From assembly GCF_963921235.1 (NCBI RefSeq), contig NC_086097.1, positions 40,550,001 to 40,614,000 on the forward strand: a stretch of DNA of 64,000 bases, read 5' to 3'. Shown here piece after piece: positions 1 through 12,039 of this stretch; the first letter of the stretch is position 1; each line of letters opens with the position of its first letter. This DNA comes from Mobula hypostoma. Its lineage: Eukaryota. Made by a program: the position numbers and the translations under genes. The notes below the pieces were generated by a model. The model searched no databases and was not told the origin of the DNA. It was given only the letters and a program-made list of their open reading frames with translations.

Positions 1-207
1 ACATTGAACCCATCAACACTATCTCACCCTTCTTTAATTATTTCTTTTTTTGCTATATTTTTAATTTAACTGTTTACTATACATATCAATACTTATGGTA
101 TATCATTTTAAAACTTTTCTTCTATGTATCATGCATTGCATTGTACGACTGCTACTAAGTTAACAAATTTCATGACATATGCCTTTGGAATTAAACCTGA
201 TTCTGAT
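1..207 (+). mobile_element. 3' tail of a Rex1/Babar-type LINE (truncated by window start)
   Basis: Ends ACAAATTTCATGACATAT...TAAACCTGATTCTGAT, the reverse complement of the tail (ATCAGAATCAGGTTTATT...) attached to the Rex1/Babar RT remnant at 62891-64000. Confidence 0.65.
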
Positions 208-668
208 CACATGATTAGCTCATCACTTGCAAACTCACTATTCTTTTAGACTTTGCTTGAAGTGAATTAGAGTTGTTGTAAAGCAATCTGACACTTCTGT
301 ATTTGGCATATCATGAGGAATCTGGATGTTATTGCTGTTCACCACTGCAGTAAATTGTTAGCTAGTATAATTCCCATACTCTAACCATGCAGTGATACAA
401 CTCCTGTGAATTAGAGTATCCAAGGCTTAGAGTTAGAATTAGAGTTCAATGGGATAACGTCAGAATCTGGTTTTTCGAATGGTCTTGACAGCATTTCTCT
501 GGCCTATGGTTCAACCAAGATAATGCTCCCCATTTTATGTAACTTCAGGCGGAGTCAGGTTTTGCCTGAGCTGTTATGAAGTCAGAACGTTCTCCATTAT
601 TGACCAGTGTGCCCAAGGTTGGATTTAAACAATATACAATTGACCCTGGTTGTTAATTCATAACAAAA

Positions 669-807
669 ATGGCAGAAACAAACCAAACAAAAAGTAAGTA
701 TAGTCAGCATTAGTGTGGAATATTTCAGTATGAATTTATACCAGCACCAAGCAACCAACGGCAGCCAATGTGTGTGAAAAAGTTTCTCAAATGAGGCTTT
801 GTAGCCA
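669..807 (+). pseudogene. hAT (Buster/Charlie-type) transposase relic, N-terminal part
   Basis: ATG at 669 gives MAETNQTKSKYSQH, then with frameshifts SVEYF..FIPAPSNQRQPMC..EK.SNEAL*P, resembling the BED-finger start of Buster-type transposases. The reading resumes at 3880. Confidence 0.75.
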
Positions 808-939
808 ATGGTTCAATGGTTCAATTTAATATCAGCAAATGAATACTTATTCTTCAAGGACATCCACAAAACAGAAATAAAACCAAGAAAACATAAGAAC
901 CCCAAACCCCATCCCTCCTGTGCACAAGCAGCAGAAAAT

Positions 940-2790
940 GCATCAACACTCCCCCTCCTCCCCCCACTGGCTCCAGCAAAAGCATCAACACTCCCCCTCC
1001 CCACTGGCTCCAGCCAAAGCATCAACACTCCTCCTCCCCCCCACACTGGCTCCAGCAAAAGCATCAACACTCCTCCTCTACCCACTGGCTCCAGCAAAAG
1101 CATCAACACTCCTCCTCCTCCCACTGGCTCCAGCAAAAGCATCAACACTCCTCCTCCTCCCACTGGCTCCAGCAAAAGCATCAACACTCCTCCTCCTCCC
1201 CCCCCCCCCACTGGCTCCAGCAAAAGCATCAACACCCCTCCTCCCCCCCCCACTGGCTCCAGCAAAAGCATCAACACTCCTCCTCCCCCCCCACTGGCTC
1301 CAGCAAAAGCATCAACACTCCCCCTCCTCCCCCCACTGGCTCCAGCAAAAGCATCAACACTCCTCCTCCCCCCACTTGCTCCAGCAAAAGCATCAACACT
1401 CCTCCCCCCCTCCCCATTGGCTCCAGCAAAAGCATCAACACCCCCCCCCCAACTGGCTCCAGCAAAAGAATCAACACTCCCCCTCCTCCCCCCACTGGCT
1501 CCAGCAAAAGCATCAACACTCCTCCTTCTCCCCTCCCCACTTGCTCCAGCAAAAGCATCAACACTCCTCCCCCCCCCCCACTGGCTCCAGGAAAAGCATC
1601 AACACCCCTCCTCCACCCACCACTGGCTCCAGCAAAAGCATCAACACTCCTCCTCCTCCCACTGGCTCCAGCAAAAGCATCAACACTCCTCCTCCCCCCC
1701 ACTGGCTCCAGCAAAAGCATCAACACTCCCCCTCCCCCCACTGGCTCCAGCAAAAGCATCAACACTCCTCCTCCTCCCACTGGCTCCAGCAAAAGCATCA
1801 ACACTCCTCCTCCTCCCACTGGCTCCAGCAAAAGCATCAACACTCCCCCTCCCCCCCACTGGCTCCAGCAAAAGCATCAACACTCCCCCTCCTCCCCCCA
1901 CTGGCTCCAGCAAAAGCATCAACACCCCTCCTCCCCCCCCACTGGCTCCAGCAAAAGCATCAACACTCCCCCTCCCCCCACTGGCTCCAGCAAAAGCATC
2001 AACACTCCTCCTCCTCCCACTGGCTCCAGCAAAAGCATCAACACTCCTCCTTCTCCCCTCCCCACTTGCTCCAGCAAAAGCATCAACACCCCTCCTCCCC
2101 CCCCCACTTGCTCCAGCAAAAGCATCAACACTCCTCCCCCCCCCCCACTGGCTCCAGCAAAAGCATCAACACTCCCCCTCCTCCCCCCACTGGCTCCAGC
2201 AAAAGCATCAACACTCCTCCTCCCCCCACTTGCTCCAGCAAAAGCATCAACACTCCTCCTCTCCCCCCCCACTGGCTCCAGCAAAAGCATCAACACTCCC
2301 CCCCCCAACTGGCTCCAGCAAAAGCATCAACACTCCCCCTCCTCCCCCCACTTGCTCCAGCAAAAGCATCAACACTCCTCCTTCTCCCCTCCCCACTTGC
2401 TCCAGCAAAAGCATCAACACTCCTCCTTCTCCCCTCCCCACTTGCTCCAGCAAAAGCATCAACACTCCTCCCCCCCCTACTGGCTCCAGCAAAAGCATCA
2501 ACACCCCTCCTCCCCCGCCCCACTGGCTCCAGCAAAAGCATCAACACTCCCCCTCCACCCCTCACTGGCTCCAGCAAAAGCATCAACATCCCCCTCCCCC
2601 CCCACTGGCTCCAGCAAAAGCATCAACACTCCTCCTCCCCCCACTTGCTCCAGCAAAAGCATCAACACTCCTCCCCCCCCCCCACTGGCTCCAGCAAAAG
2701 CATCAACACTCCTCCCCCCCCCACTGGCTCCAGCAAAAGCATCAACACTCCCCCTCCTCCTCCCCCCCACTGGCTCCAGCAAAAGCATCG
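940..2790. repeat. Minisatellite/VNTR, ~45 units of ~37-45 bp
   Basis: Near-invariant core CACTGGCTCCAGCAAAAGCATCAACAC (variant CACTTGCT...) separated by variable C/CCT-rich linkers. Confidence 0.97.
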
Positions 2791-3064
2791 ACCCCACCAC
2801 CGTCCATGCAAGCAATTGCAAAACCCCCAGAGACCATGATTTAGACTCCATCAGAAACTACAGTCCATTCCAATATTTTGATATCGCAGACAGGCTCCCT
2901 CTCTCTCTCTCTCTCTCTCTCACTACTGAGGGACAGAGAAATACCACTCCTGCCACAAAGAGAGGGGAGATCAATAGCTTGCTGTTTTGATGTTGCAATG
3001 TGCTGATTTGCTTGTCTGAATTCCCCCGACATGGGGACCAGCAGACTGTCACTCACCATTGAGA

Positions 3065-3473
3065 GAAACATAGAAACATAGAAAATAGGTGCAGGAGTAG
3101 GCCATTCGGCCCTTCAAGCCTGCACCGCCATTCAGTATGATCATGGCTGATCATCCAACTCAGAACCCTGTACCAGCCTTCCCTCCATACCCCCTGATCC
3201 CTTTAGCCACAAGGGCCATATCTAACTCCCTCTTAAATATAGCCAGTGAACTGGCCTCAACTGTTTCCTGTGGCAGAGAATTCCACAGATTCACCACTCT
3301 CTGTGTGAAGAAGTTTTTCCTCATCTCGGTCCTAAAAGGCTTCCCCTTTATCCTTAAACTGTGACCCCTCGTTCTGGACTTCCCCAACATCGGGAACAAT
3401 CTTCCTGCATCTAGCCTGTCCAGTTCCTTTAGGATTTTATACGTTTCAATAAGATCCCCCCTCAATCTTCTAA
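3065..3473 (-). mobile_element. CR1/HER1-type LINE, 5'-truncated 3' end
   Basis: Minus-strand peptide RRLRGDLIETYKILKELDRLDAGRLFPM...RKNFFTQRVVNLWNSLP...GIRGYG, 3' UTR and (TTTCTATG)n tail. Sits in a (GA)n tract. Confidence 0.93.
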
Positions 3474-3879
3474 GAGAGAGAGAGAGAGAGAGAGAGAGAA
3501 CACGAGAGGGATCACTTGAGTGCAGAGGCCTTCTTTCAACAGATGCGTATACTGCCTGCTTGCTGTCTCGATGTTTCAGTCTTCCATGATGCTTCGTGAA
3601 TTGGTTTGTCCACAGGGCTACAGCCCAAAGGCACACATCTTCCAGGCTGCACTTGGAGATATCGAACACTAGGCTGCCCGGTGAATTCCAAGACCGAGAA
3701 CCCACCACCCATGACTAAGCACGGTTTGAGCTGCAGCTGTAGATCACAGACTCCAGCCACCTTGAAAAAGAAAGGAAGAGACATGTGAAGAGGGGAATTA
3801 AACTGCTTCATGGACAAAATGGAATAAGTCGCCCAAGTCTGCAAAAATCCCAGGCACCATCTTTAGCTCCTCCCACTCC

Positions 3880-5690
3880 AAACCATCCAGGCTCCTGAAC
3901 ATTTGAAGGGAATACCACTCTGATAAAACAAATAATAAACTGGCTTATTTCCAGTCACTTCATGAAAACTTCCACAAATATAAAACACTTTAAAACATGT
4001 TTGCCAACATTTCACAACAAAAACAGTGATAATTTGTGTGCTTCATACAATATTTCATTGTTTATTGTTAAATCTGGAAAGTCCCATTCAATTGGAGAAG
4101 CACTAATTCCAGACCAAATAATTAAAGCGATTCCTCGCAGTGACAACTCTGCTCAAAGGTGAATAATTGAAATGTCTGATAATATGGAAGACACATTATA
4201 CAACATTCTTCAGACAAAAGAATTTGCTCTGCAGTTGGATAAGTTAACAAACCATTATAAAAGAGGAATGCATGGTTTGAGAGTTGTTACTTGCAAATAG
4301 AGTAGAAACAGATCCAAAGGGAGGGTCAATATCTTGGGTTTCTGAGCAATTTTTCAAAGAGAAGGACATTCCGTTCACCAACTTTCTTGCTTGTGCCACC
4401 ATCAATGACAGGACACCACTGTGCATTATTATTTTCTTGAAAAAAAGGTGTACCTAACATATTTATCTTTCACAGAGAACATCTTGTCACAAAAGAAACT
4501 AAGCGATCAGATGCACAAATCATGAAATATTGCTATTACAGCAGTAAATAAAATCAAAACTCATGCTCTCAATTCTGACTATTTTGAGAGGTTTGTATTG
4601 AGGATGATGAACCATCTGACTGCTCGCTGTTGCACACAGAAGTCAGATGGCTCTCCAAAGAAAACTGCCCGAAGCACTTTATGCACTTTTTAAACTGTAA
4701 TAAAATTCTTTGAAGACTTGAATACTTCATTTGGTAATCAACTCAAGAATATTTGGCATGACTTTGCTTATTTTTTCTGAATTATTCACATAGTTTAATG
4801 CAATCAGTCTTCAATTGCAAGGAAATTATATGAATCTTATCAAAGTCAAGTCAATTGTCTTCACATTTGTCTCCACATTTGTCCAAGTTAATCCAATTTA
4901 AGTGCAACATTGGCCGTCACGACCTTTTCAAATTTCTGAGCTTCTCTGAGTTTTAAGAGAAAGAAGGAATACCTGACAATGATCTTCAACTATTCTGTGC
5001 CTACCTGGGTGAGCTGCATAAAGATATGTCAGAGAGATAACAGGATCTTCTCTCAATCCAAATTCCAGATTGGGTAATAAATCCATTCCTGAACAATTGT
5101 AATGAGGGATTAACAGGAAGGATGAAGGAAGAACAAATCTCACTACAAAATGACCTTGATCTGAAGCCGAGGTTAAAAGAAAAATCATATCAAGAAAGAG
5201 ATCTCTGAATGCTATCCTGCACTCTGGAAAAAGGTCAAGATATTCTTTATTGCCTTTCTAACATCATATTTAGTGGCTCACAGTTTCAGTGCAGTCACCC
5301 AACTTCTTCCAAAGCAATGAAACTGACTGCAAATTACTGAATGAATGATTTGAGACATTCAGCCTGATGTTGAGAAGTTGATGTCACTGCACCAAGCCTG
5401 TCCATCTCATTGAAAGGTGAAAAAACAATGAAGTACTGAATAGTTGGACCACTAATGTATGCTCTAAAACTGCTGTTGAAAATTGTTTCTATTGTAATTA
5501 GATAAATATTTTTTAATATAGTTTTAAATAGATTTGAATAATGTTTGCAATTATTTGTCACTGATTTAAATTTGCAGTTCCTGTTTTCTTTAACTTTGTA
5601 ATAGCTGGAAAAGTGTTGGGGTGGGGGGGGGCGCTAGGAAAGCAGTTGGGAGCTAAGGGATGGTAACCCAAAAAAGTTTGGGAACCACTA
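3880..5690 (+). mobile_element. hAT (Buster/Charlie-type) DNA transposon relic: transposase body and right TIR
   Basis: Degenerate peptides KPSRLL.., ASYNISLFIVKSGKSHSIGEALI, KAIPRSDNSAQR, EFALQLD, HTEVRWLSK, FIAFLTSYLVAHSFSAV and terminal PSH* (~5413). TIR-like GTTTGGGAACCACTA at 5676-5690. Many stops and frameshifts. Confidence 0.88.
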
Positions 5691-7330
5691 TCCTACAGTA
5701 TATGTAACCATTCGAATCTCGTGCATTAAAATGTAATAACGTTGTTCTACTTACTCATTTAGTACTTTTCTGCAGAGTGTACTTTTTATTAGGCTCAAAC
5801 TCTTTGTGATTCCATGGTCAATCATTCTTTTATTTTTATCTTGAACTATTTAGCCAAGTGAAACTCTCATAGTTTTATTTTTTGCACAATTTCAAAAGTG
5901 CAGGTAATAGCTGTGGATGAAGAACTTCAATTTGTCACATTTTTTTTGAACTGAGGAGAATATAAATCTCAATGTTTAAAATTGCTTCTTAAAATTAACA
6001 GCTGATATTTATTGCTACAGAACTCTCTGTAAAAGGGAAATCTAAAGTATTTTGTGTAAAGGCAGGTGTGTCTACGCTGAACTGCTATTAGAAATCAGCA
6101 GATCGGCGTCTGCACCTCCTTCCCCACTCCAGAACAAAGCGAAGCCGTGGGTGGGAGATGGCAGTCTACCCCTTGATGGCCAAAGATCCTGGATGAATGC
6201 ATCGACGACAAATTTGTGTTTACCACTCAGTGTCAATCTTATATATGTTATGCCTTGAACAGTCCTAATGTTTACAACAGCACACTTGGAATTTGAAAAA
6301 TGGAAGGTCGATTAATAAAAAAAATCGCATTCACTTTATTAAAACCACGTACAAGGTCATTTGATGTTTAATTTTCTGCAATTTAAGAATTCAGTTTTAA
6401 TTGCAGAATTATGTCTAGCGACGTGATTGTGCAGATTCCAAATCCGTGATTGTTACTTAGCCTGTTGGCCAGTAGAGTGCAGTCAGCACATTAATACTGC
6501 AAAAGTCTCAATACAGTAAAGAGCTGGCCATATCCACAGAATTACAACGGTTCATCTCTCCATGATAACTGCCATTGACATTAACTGTCATAAAGATTTG
6601 GGGAGATGTAAGAATTTACTTTAGTGGGAAATATTCCGTACATGGAATCAAATTGTCTTATTGGTGATTATTGCTGATCCTCTGTTTGTTTGTTTGTAAC
6701 GAAGTTCTTGTTTCTTGTATGAGTTGGATGCCGTACTGCCACCACGGTCAGTCCTGCCCGTCTCTCAGTGGATCTACATCTCACCTTCGATTGGATGGCT
6801 CAAGTGATTGACCTACAAAGCATAGAATTCGTCCACCACTTACAAAGATGGCCTGATCATAGTTGTGAGAATCGCTGTATAGATAACTGGTGATCATTAT
6901 CTACTTCCCGCAGAGTTTCAATTGTTTGAAGCCTACTGGATTCCAATTACTGGAGATGACGGTGACATGAGCAGGAAACTTGAGGAGCAGACTATATCAC
7001 TCTCTGCCGAGCTGCGATTGATCTGAATTGATCTTAATACTAAAACACTTTGGCAGAGGAAAACGGAACCTTTTTGTAAATCGCGGATCGGACTTTTAAA
7101 ATTCTCCCAGAATGAGACAGAATGGCGAAGTAAGCGTTTATTCTTCGCGCTTAGATTCACATTCGAATGTCAATCTCTTAATATTTCATATCTTTGCGCG
7201 TTGAACGTGCAACAAAAAACGTTGACATTATAAACCATTGAAACACTAGCTCCGTGGGTCACTAGAGTGCAAGTTACCCGGCAGCCAATCACCCAACTCA
7301 CCGGTACTATGATAGAGCGAAATTAAAATC

Positions 7331-9006
7331 CTATACGGAAAAGGATCTTGGCGATTGCAGGGATGATTTACAGCGGATTAAAAAGCTTGAACATAGAGAC
7401 ATTTTAAAAAAAGGATGTGCTGATGCTTTTGGAAAGCATTAAGTTGAATAAATCTCCGGGACCGGACGAGATGCACCCCAGGCTACCGTGGGAGGCGAGG
7501 GAGGAGATGACTGAGCCTCTGGCAATGATCTTTGCATCATCACTGGGGACGGGAGAGGTTCCGGAGGACTGGAGGGTTGCAGATGTTGCTCCCTTATTCA
7601 AGAAAGGGATTAGAGTTGGCTCAGGAAATTATAGACCAGTGAGTCTAACTTCAGTGGTTGGTAAATTGATGGAAAAGATCCTGAGAGGCGGGATTTATGA
7701 ACATTTGGAGAGGCATAATATGATTAGGAATAGTCAGCATGGCTTTATTAAACGCAAGACGTGCCTTAGGAGCCTGATTGAATTTTTTGAGGATATGACT
7801 AAACACGTTGATGAAGGTAGAGCAGTAGATGCAGTGTATATGGATTTCAGCAAGGCATTTGATAAGGTACCCCATGCAAGGCTTATTGAGAAAATAAGGA
7901 GACATGCAATCCAAGGGAACCTTGCTTTGTGGATCCAGTACTGGCTTGCCCACAGAAAGCAAAGAGTGGTTGTAGATGGGTCATATTCTGCATGGAGATC
8001 GGTGACCAGTGCTGTGCCTCAGGGATCTGTTCTGGGACCCTTACTCTTTGTGATTTTTATAAATGACCTGGATGAGGAAGTGGAGAGATAGGTTACTAAA
8101 TTTGCTGATGACTCAAAGGTTGGGGATGTTGTGGATAGTGTGGAGAGCTGTCAGAGGTTACAACGTGACATTGATAGGATGCAAAACTGGGCTGAGAAGT
8201 GGCAGATGGACTTCAAACCAGATAAGTGTGGGGTGGTTCATTTTGGTAGGTCAAATATGATGGCAGAATATAGCATTAATGGAAAGACTCTTGGCAGTGT
8301 GGAGGATCAGAGGGATCTTGGGGTCCGAGTCCATAGAACACTCAAAGCTGCTGCGCAGGTTGACTCTGTGGTTAAGGCGGCATACGGTGACCCTCATCAA
8401 TCGTGGAATTGAGTTTAAGAGCCTAGCGGTAATGTTACAGCTATAAAGGACCCTGGTCAAACCCCACTTGGAGTACTGTGCTCAGTTCTGGTCACCTCAC
8501 TACAGGAAGGATGTGGGAACTATAGAAAGAGTGCAGAGGAAATTTATAAGGATGTTGCCTGGATTGGGGAGCATGTCTTATGAGAATAGGTTGAGTGAAC
8601 TCGGACTTTTCTCCTTGGAGCGACGGAGGATGAAAGGTGTCCTGATAGAGATGTATAAGATGATGAGAGGCATTGATTGTGTGGATAGTCAGAGGCTTTT
8701 TCCCAGGGTTTTTCTCCCTCTAGCACGAGAGGGCATAGTTTTAAGGTGCTTGAAAGTAGGTACAGAGGGGATGTCAGGGGTAAGTTTTTTTACGCAGCGA
8801 GTGCTGAGTTCGTGGAATGGGCTGCTAGCGACGGTGGTGGAGGCGGATACGATAGGGTCTTTTAAGAGACTCCTGGATAGGTACATGGAGCTTAGAAAAA
8901 TAGAGGGCTATGGGTAACCCTAGGTAAATTCTAAAGAAAGTATATGTTTGGCACAGCATTGTGGGCCGAAAGGTCTGTATTGTGCTGTAGAGTTTCTAAG
9001 TTTCTA
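7331..9006 (+). mobile_element. CR1 LINE ORF2 (reverse transcriptase) fragment with 3' end
   Basis: [71 protein letters not shown]-type tail near 9000. Interrupted by stops and frameshifts. Confidence 0.95.
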
Positions 9007-11434
9007 TACACTACGCCATACCCTGCCTGCATGCAGTCACTCAGATAAATATATAACCCGGATTATTTGTATTTTGAAGAAAAAACTTTGCAGAGAACAA
9101 ACAAAAACAGAACTTGTGATGTTACATTACTACTGAAGTGATTCTAAAAAAGCAATTAATGGCGGGGGGGCGTTGACGACGATAGGTGGGAATTTTCTAT
9201 ATTTTTGCGTTCTTCAGAAAAGAACAGTAGTTCTGGCATACGAAGATTTACTAATTGCAGATAGAGTTGTGTTTGCAGGTAAATGGTTGAACGTACAGTT
9301 CTTCACATTCAAGTAGGATCAATCAGCCGGGCTCCCGTGAACAGTTCATGCTACAGAAGCAACCAACAGCTGTGGCAAAGATCGTGCTCGCCGTAACCGT
9401 GTAGCGGGCGGAGAGCTCCATCAACCTAGCCTGTTCCGGCAGCGCCTTGGTCAGAAGCTTTCATCAATGCGATTTCAAGGGAGGACAGCGTATCTATTCC
9501 CGCCGCCGGCCGAGCTGAGAGTGGTGTCAGTCTCGCAGTGGAGTGGAGCCTGAAATCGCGCTGATACCGACGAACTGGTTTAAAAAATGTGATTTAAGTG
9601 AAGGAGGCTCTGTATCAAAGAGCAAGCCCAAATGTCTCGCTGGACTACGAACTGCATGGCAATTAAGCCTATTAAGGAAGTAATATTATTTTGTCAAATA
9701 ATAATATCACCAAAATGTCCTGACAGGTTTTGCAAATTATTCCCTATTGTTAATTGATTAAGGGACCGAGGTTTGAATTTTCACAGAAATCAGTTGATGT
9801 TGCCAACGGAGGGCACATGACTCTTCTCATGACAGGAACTTGAGTCCATTTGGAAGACTTCTCACAAATTTATGCATAGGAACCTTGTTGTGACACCCTT
9901 GTCACTTTAAGTAAATAATTAAGCTTGGGGTGGTGGGGAGGGGACGTCAATGGAAGCGTTGAAAACCCAGAAAGTTTCTCTTTTCTGAGAGTAGAAATGC
10001 CTGCCTTCTCCACCTTACTCCGCCGTCGGGAGTATTTGTGCAGTAAGTGATTCATGGTGCGGCTATTAATGAAATAACTGATAACATCGTTCACGTTCCT
10101 GTTTGCAACTATTGATGCAATTGACTGCGCTATTGGAGCTTATAACGCGCCAACTCAAAATAATTAACATTTCGCGTCACTGCTGTTCCAGAGTCACGCC
10201 AACGAAGTGTGAATATTGTTCGTTTGTTCGACATTCCCTACCATAGAAGCCTACTATAGGTAGGCTTAATTGATGTTCAATATTCTCAAAGTCATGATTT
10301 ATTTAAATTGCCAATAAACTGTTGACGGATACATTCAATGTCCCGTGCATTTCGACTCCGGAAAACGTACAGAACTGAAGGTGATAAACCCTTTGAAGAT
10401 TTCCTTATATCTTCTGTTCTTTCTATGGGATCTATATCTCCATGGCTGTTGTGTATATTGAATGTCACCTTTGGAACTGCAACTGTTGGGCGTCAAATGC
10501 AGGTGAAGCTTAATCGGAAGCCAATAAAGTTGACGATAGTTCGGGTGAGTGGGGTATGTGGAAGGTTATATGAATCTCCCCACTCCCCACCACTGCTCAA
10601 ACACAAAACAACACATTTTTCTTGGAGCACGACCATCTTCGGCGCATTCTCGCATCCCTAAGAATCTCCTTTCACGGAACCGCTTGATTTTGACTTGACC
10701 TGCCTACAATTTACATTTGTTGGCAAGGAAGAAGACGAAGCCCCCCCTCCCCCCCACGGGCGCTGCAAATCTGCGAAATGGCGCGATCTACAACACGCGT
10801 CAGCACCTGTTCGTTACGCAATGCCTATTAATAAAATACTCATCAAGTGATACCCCATGTCCTGAGAACCAAGGCAAGTTAAGCCCATAGTTATACGGGC
10901 TAGCTGACTGTTAATGGTCGGAACACCAACCAGGCTTAACGAGAGTGGGCAGTTAAAATTTAACTGAGTTGCAAGATTCCTCCCATTCACCGGGAAAGCC
11001 ATACGGACGAACTTTCTATCATCTGCACCAATACATACCCTATTGGCCTTTATCTCAACAGAGTGTAGTCCATTTCCTTACGTGAGATGTGATACAGGCC
11101 AGGAGCTTTAGAATTCCCTCTGCCAACGTTTGGCCTTTCCAATTTTATCCTCGCTTCTCCACTGCGCTCCTCAAAACCGTAACCTTAGACCAACCCAACA
11201 CAATAACTTTTTTTTTTGCTTCCTTACATCTCATAGAGTCTCTAAAACACGTTATTAAAGTAAACGTGACACAGCATTACAAGTCACTACAGTATGACCC
11301 TGACGATAAAGCGACCTGTATCATCCTTTCGGAATTTCCCGCTCTCCTGTCGAATTTGGACCATTTAGCAGGAAAACAATTTCTTGGAGGCACCGAGGCT
11401 ATATTACTCACCATTTATACTAATACTCCTTAAC

Positions 11435-11655
11435 TCTCCCCATTTTCCCATCGACTCCCCCCAGATACTAACATTCAGTTACACACATGGGGCAATTTAC
11501 AGTGGCCAATTAATCTACCAACAGGCACGTCTTTGAGATGAAACCTAACCATCCGAAAGAGACCCGTGCGATTACAGGGAGAACGCGCAAATCCCACGGA
11601 TATTTAATCAAATTCTGGATTGAACTTGGTTCACTGGAACTGTGCGTCGCCGTCT
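11435..11655 (-). mobile_element. HE1-like tRNA-derived V-SINE, degenerate
   Basis: The rc contains a B-box-like GTTCAATCC and a V-domain-like TTTGCGCGTTCTCCCTGTAATCGCACGGGT; AATTAATCTACCAAC resembles the copy at 46425-46920. Confidence 0.7.
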
Positions 11656-11871
11656 GGTGGCGGGGGGGGGGGCATTGCACAGGATGGAAAAAGCTGCAGA
11701 AAGTTGCAAAACTTAGCCAGCTGCATCAGTCACTGGCCTTCCTAGCGTCCAGGACATCTACAAAAGGCGATATGCGTCATTAAGAGCTCCCATCACCCAG
11801 GTCATCCCCTGTTCTCATTGCTACAATCAAGGAGGAGGTATAGGATCCTGAAGACACACACTCAGTTTTAG

Positions 11872-12039
11872 CTACAGTCGACGTTTCGGGCCGAGACCCT
11901 TCGTAGTCCTGACGAAGGGTCTCGGCCTGAAACGTCGACTGTACCTCTTCCTAGAGATGCTGCCTGGCCTGCTGCGTTCACCAGCAACTTTGATGTGTGT
12001 TACTTGAAATTCCAGCATCTGCAGATTTCCTCGTGTTTG
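11872..12039 (+). mobile_element. Penelope pseudo-LTR-derived insert with inverted 5' arm
   Basis: 32-bp inverted repeat (11873-11904 / 11912-11943, 1 mismatch). Flanked by CACTCAGTTT(T/C)AG at 11859-11871 and 12040-12052. Homologous to the terminus next to the GIY-YIG relic at 30232-30310. Confidence 0.85.
11905..11940 (+). ncRNA. Minimal type I hammerhead ribozyme motif
   Basis: AGTC (stem I) CTGACGA A GGGT-CTCG-GCCT (stem II) GAAA C GTC^ GACT (stem I'). Palindromic ACGT in place of stem III; predicted cleavage after C11936. Confidence 0.8.

Larger units (their letters stand above)
808..3879 (-). mobile_element. Non-autonomous retroelement (Rex/Babar-like ends) inserted in the hAT relic
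   Basis: Minus-strand 3' end is a short tandem tail (AATGGTTC x2 on +) followed by AATTTAATATC; near the 5' end is AAGATGGTGCC (rc of 3853-3863). No coding homology seen inside. hAT sequence is continuous across it. Confidence 0.6.

Noticed and set aside
940..2790. CRISPR-like repeat/spacer appearance
   Set aside because: Linkers are short, low-complexity C/T runs rather than unique spacers; no cas genes; vertebrate context.
808..2990. Long Pro/Ser/His-rich ORFs (678, 639, 212 aa) and their antisense ORFs
   Set aside because: They are translations of the minisatellite, whose unit has no stop codon in any + frame; no splice or domain support.
3962..5413. Domesticated ZBED/SCAND3/FAM200-type gene
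   Set aside because: Multiple stops, frameshifts and deletions, the expected catalytic Glu reads Ala (SYLVAH), and a TIR is retained.
11600..11655. tRNA gene
   Set aside because: Only a decayed B-box within a SINE head; no cloverleaf.
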